A DNA stretch of 62,626 nucleotides, filler included, from Klebsormidium nitens (lineage: Eukaryota; Plantae; Klebsormidiophyceae): assembly GCA_000708835.1 (NCBI GenBank). It is 8 parts of 8 records of this genome, joined end to end, with 100 filler letters (N's around TTAATTAATTAA, not from the genome) between each part and the next. Parts side by side here need not be neighbours in the genome. Positions count along the whole stretch, not along the records: positions 58,511 to 62,626 come from DF238584.1; 7 more parts are not named here. One strand, 5' to 3'. A model generated the notes under the pieces. That model ran no database searches, was not told the DNA's origin, and saw nothing but the letters and a program-made list of their open reading frames with translations. Each line of letters starts with the position of its first letter. Positions within the stretch are counted from its first letter, which is position 1. The position numbers were made by a program, and so were the translations under genes. Positions 58,561 to 62,626 of this stretch are shown here, piece after piece.

Positions 58561-59739
58561 ATGGACAGTGGTAAAAGATATACGTGCAGGTACACCATCT
58601 TGACTGTAAATGATGGTGTTAGTACACCCACCGTCTCGAAGTATCATATGCAAGTGCTTTATGATCCGGTAATGACGGAACAGCTTTCAGCTGTAGTGCA
58701 GAATGGTCGTGTGACTATGCATTTTGTTGGGCAAGCCGCTGGAACAGAAGTCAACTTCCTGTTCGACAGTGGCGCCAGTGCTAATCACGTTTCTAAAGCG
58801 TTTGCAAAGTTGCATGGCTTGGTAATTTCTCCTTCGAAGTCGAACGTAGAGCTAGGTACTGGTTCTGTTGTACAGCCCCACGGAGAGTGTACTCTCCACA
58901 TCCGTCTGGACAATTCTCGCGAGAAGGTCAAGTGCCTTGTCATTGATATGCTGTCCGATTTTCAGGTGATATTGGGATATGATTGGCTTACCAAAGTTGG
59001 CGCCATCTTTAACTTCCGAACGGCTCGTTGTACAGTCAAGAAGCATAACAGGAAGTATACGATGAAGTCGGCGACCAGGGCACAACGTTACTCGCGCGCG
59101 AAGTCGCCGCGAGCGGACCATACGCTATCCGCCATGCAGGTGAAACGCGCGCTCGAGCGACGTGATCATATTCTGGCAATCCAATTGGCTGAACTTAAGT
59201 TGGATATGGATTAACCTGCAGATGTGCCGCTGAAGGCCCTTCTGGAAGAGTTCGCGGACGTCTTTTCGCCGGAACTACCCTCTGAACTACCGCCCGCGCG
59301 CGGAGTGGGACACTCGATTCCGATCGAGCCAGGAGCGCCGCCTCCTTTTCGACCAATGTACATGTTGAGTCCCGTTCAACTTCAGGAAGTTAAAGCTAAG
59401 TTGGCTGACTTGCTCGAGAAGGGTTTGGTTGAACCGACCTCGTCTCCGTATGGTGCTCCGATTCTGTTTGTAGCAAAGAAGGATGGTTCCCTTTGTATGG
59501 TTCAGAATTATCCTTATCTTAACAATATTACGATTAAGAACCGTTATCCGCTACCCAGAATCCACGATCGTCTGGATATTATTTCTGGGTCGAGATACTT
59601 TAGTTCTTTGGACTTGACGTCTGGATACTATCACATTCGAATCACGAACGAAGACGTGCCTAAGACGGCATTTCGTACTCCGTTCGGGTTATATCAGTTC
59701 AAGGTGTTAAGCTTCGGGTTAACTAACGCTCCTGCTACG
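58561..59739 (+). mobile_element. pol: Ty3/gypsy protease-RT
   Basis: FLFDSGAS, ILGYDWL, SPYGAPILFVAKKDG, YPLPRI, KTAFRTPFG, FGLTNAPAT; in-frame TAA at 59212-59214. Confidence 0.95.
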
Positions 59740-60526
59740 NNNNNNNNNNNNNNNNNNNNNNNNNNNNNNNNNNNNNNNNNNNNNNNNNNNNNNNNNNNNN
59801 NNNNNNNNNNNNNNNNNNNNNNNNNNNNNNNNNNNNNNNNNNNNNNNNNNNNNNNNNNNNNNNNNNNNNNNNNNNNNNNNNNNNNNNNNNNNNNNNNNNN
59901 NNNNNNNNNNNNNNNNNNNNNNNNNNNNNNNNNNNNNNNNNNNNNNNNNNNNNNNNNNNNNNNNNNNNNNNNNNNNNNNNNNNNNNNNNNNNNNNNNNNN
60001 NNNNNNNNNNNNNNNNNNNNNNNNNNNNNNNNNNNNNNNNNNNNNNNNNNNNNNNNNNNNNNNNNNNNNNNNNNNNNNNNNNNNNNNNNNNNNNNNNNNN
60101 NNNNNNNNNNNNNNNNNNNNNNNNNNNNNNNNNNNNNNNNNNNNNNNNNNNNNNNNNNNNNNNNNNNNNNNNNNNNNNNNNNNNNNNNNNNNNNNNNNNN
60201 NNNNNNNNNNNNNNNNNNNNNNNNNNNNNNNNNNNNNNNNNNNNNNNNNNNNNNNNNNNNNNNNNNNNNNNNNNNNNNNNNNNNNNNNNNNNNNNNNNNN
60301 NNNNNNNNNNNNNNNNNNNNNNNNNNNNNNNNNNNNNNNNNNNNNNNNNNNNNNNNNNNNNNNNNNNNNNNNNNNNNNNNNAAAAGGCTACGCTAGCCCT
60401 ATAGCGGATCAGAATACACTTGCGGAAGCCCTTGTCTTGCTTCCCAGCTGCGCGCTCGTAAAAACTGCTTACTTCAGATCAGCACCAGAAGAAGTGTGAC
60501 CTTGTTCCTTGACCTTCTCCCTCAAG

Positions 60527-61627
60527 GCCATCCTTCCTGGTTCAGTACGTACAGAACGTACTACACACCCAGGTTGGCATTCCTATCAGGTACTCAGTCG
60601 AACACAGTAATCAGTACATGAGACTTGGCCGCATGGATAAGTCTAGACAGAGCTGAGTCGAGTCATCCCGTCATACATCATCATCCAATGATATGCATTT
60701 GTGTCACGTGTGAGTCGTCGCGTCCAATGCGCGCGCCGACTGATATGTGTACATCCAGATATACCACGTGTCCGGCAGTGCACATGGGTACGGGTGACAA
60801 CTAGACTGAGGCGACAAATGAATGTAGCTCAGAATCTTCAGAACAGCGGTTCAGAACAGATATTCGACTACCCTATTGGATAAGTCTTGCCGAACAGAAT
60901 TGATACGAGGCCGTCCGAATGGATATGCCACACGGATCGTAACACCTCGCCTCTTCCCGGGGGATNNNNNNNNNNNNNNNNNNNNNNNNNNNNNNNNNNN
61001 NNNNNNNNNNNNNNNNNNNNNNNNNNNNNNNNNNNNNNNNNNNNNNNNNNNNNNNNNNNNNNNNNNNNNNNNNNNNNNNNNNNNNNNNNNNNCTGAGCCT
61101 ACTAGGCTAGAGTGTAGATCTAAAGATAGGCCGTGACTCGGAACACTCCATATACATTGTGTGAACTTGATTGATTGAATATCACTTCCAACAACGCTGT
61201 GTTTCAACAGCCATCCTTCCTGGTTCAGTACGTACAGATCGTACTACACACCCAGGTTGGCATTCGTATCAGGTACTCAGTCGAACACAGTAATCAGTAC
61301 ATGAGACTTGGCCGCATGGATAAGTCTAGACAGAGCTGAGTCGAGTCATCCCGTCATACATCATCATCCAATGATATGCATTTGTGTCACGTGTGAGTCG
61401 TCGCGTCCAATGCGCGCGCCGACTGCTATCTGTACATCCAGATATACCACGTGTCCGGTAGTGCACATGGGTACGGGTGACAAGGAGACTGAGGCGACAA
61501 ATGAATGTAGCTCAGAATCTTCAGAACAGCGGTTCAGAACAGATATTCGACTACCCTATTGGATAAGTCTTGCCGAACAAAATTGATACGAGGCCGTCCG
61601 AATGGATATGCCACACGGATCGTAACA
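60527..61627 (-). mobile_element. Two 418-bp direct repeats (LTR family D, TGTTACGATCC on minus) at 60527-60944 and 61210-61627, with a family B LTR piece between
   Basis: Near-identical blocks. A purine tract (GGGAAGAGGCGAGG on minus) precedes the 60944 copy. The 61210 copy is cut by TGTTGAAACAC. Confidence 0.75.
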
Positions 61628-62149
61628 GGTGTGGATCAAAGGATCTGAGCGCATTAAAACGGCATTAATGCAAATCGGTGCAATCCAGGGTCCGGACTAT
61701 GATCGGCCAATACCAAGAATCTTGCATCACGCTCCTGTTGGACACCAAATGTGGGGGCCACGGTTGGCACCTAGATGTATTTTTGGAATTTGACGAGGCC
61801 CATCGCCTCCAGCAATGGGCCGCGGGGTGTGCGTTTGATGTGATATGTCCTCTTCGTATGGCAATTTTGCGGCAAAGGCCGCAGCCAAGATTGCAAAACC
61901 GGCCCAGTCCTTTCTCGAGTCAGGCACCGGGTCTCGCCGCCAGGGGGCCCGCACACGGGGCCAGAACCAAAACCGATGCTTCATCTGGTGGAACACAGGC
62001 GCCTCCGCCAAGGGAACCGGCTGCCAGTTCGCGCGAGCACACAAGCCTTGCCGGAAGCACGTCCCCGGCCCCTGCCCCAATCGCCCGACCACCAGCGGGG
62101 ACGCGGCCTCATCCCCCGACCACGCAGGATAACCGATGCCCCGGTTATT

Positions 62150-62626
62150 ATCTCGTCGTCCAAGTCTTCTAGGTCGACTTCCATGACCTTCACCGTCTTT
62201 TTCACCACGTCTTCCGCTCTTACCGGTCTCTTTGCCGTGGCGGTCACCCGGTTCTTCCTGACCGGTTCCCTCGCAAGAAATGCTGGCTGCTTCCCCACGG
62301 TCTCAATCTCCCACAGTCCACCACGCTTGACTGCCTCCATTCGGACCACGCCGTCCGACTCTATTTGCGCCTTTCGCCCCTCGAGCACTACCCGTGCGCC
62401 CGCATCCGTCGCCCTTCCCAAGGCGAACAAATTGGCCGTGCCCTTGGAGCGTGCCGGACCTCCTTCAAGGTCACCGTACTCACACCGCTCGGGGTCTCAC
62501 ACTTCAGCTCCACTTCTCCGATCCCCACTGCGATCAGAGGCTCACCACAGATCCCCGTGATCTCTTCTTCATTCACAAGCTTTCTATAGCTCGTGAAATG
62601 GCTCCGATCTGCCGTGACGTGCCGGG
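62150..62626 (-). mobile_element. Copia protease-region fragment
   Basis: GICGEPLIAVGIGEVEL...TLKEVRHAP and GARVVLEG...AVKRGGLWEI resemble the copia segment between protease and integrase. Confidence 0.7.

Noticed and set aside
1-62626. rRNA, tRNA, CRISPR or bacterial operons
   Set aside because: No such signatures recognised; host genes have spliceosomal introns.

Overview
Repeat-rich eukaryotic DNA. GT-AG introns with CTGAC branch motifs suggest a green or streptophyte alga (inference). Seven artificial 100-bp spacers (44N-TTAATTAATTAA-44N) split the window into eight segments: 1-29277, 29378-40054, 40155-45199, 45300-47398, 47499-49944, 50045-56216, 56317-58410 and 58511-62626. Adjacency across spacers is not biological evidence. 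Segment 1 holds a disrupted Ty3/gypsy integrase region and three intron-containing host genes: a four-RRM protein with arrays of duplicated splice sites, an unknown minus-strand gene with recurrent intronic hairpins, and a P-loop ATPase with a transit-peptide-like N-terminus. It also has MITEs and a RING/SWIM gene start. Later segments contain decayed copia and gypsy elements, solo LTRs, an unusual gag element, a Helitron and KDZ (Kyakuja-Dileera-Zisupton)-type transposase pieces. The most striking feature is a compact intronless virus-like module in segment 6: tyrosine recombinase, small ORF, Prim-Pol/D5-SF3 primase-helicase, and a symmetric origin-like inverted-repeat structure. All calls were made by eye; no database searches were run.
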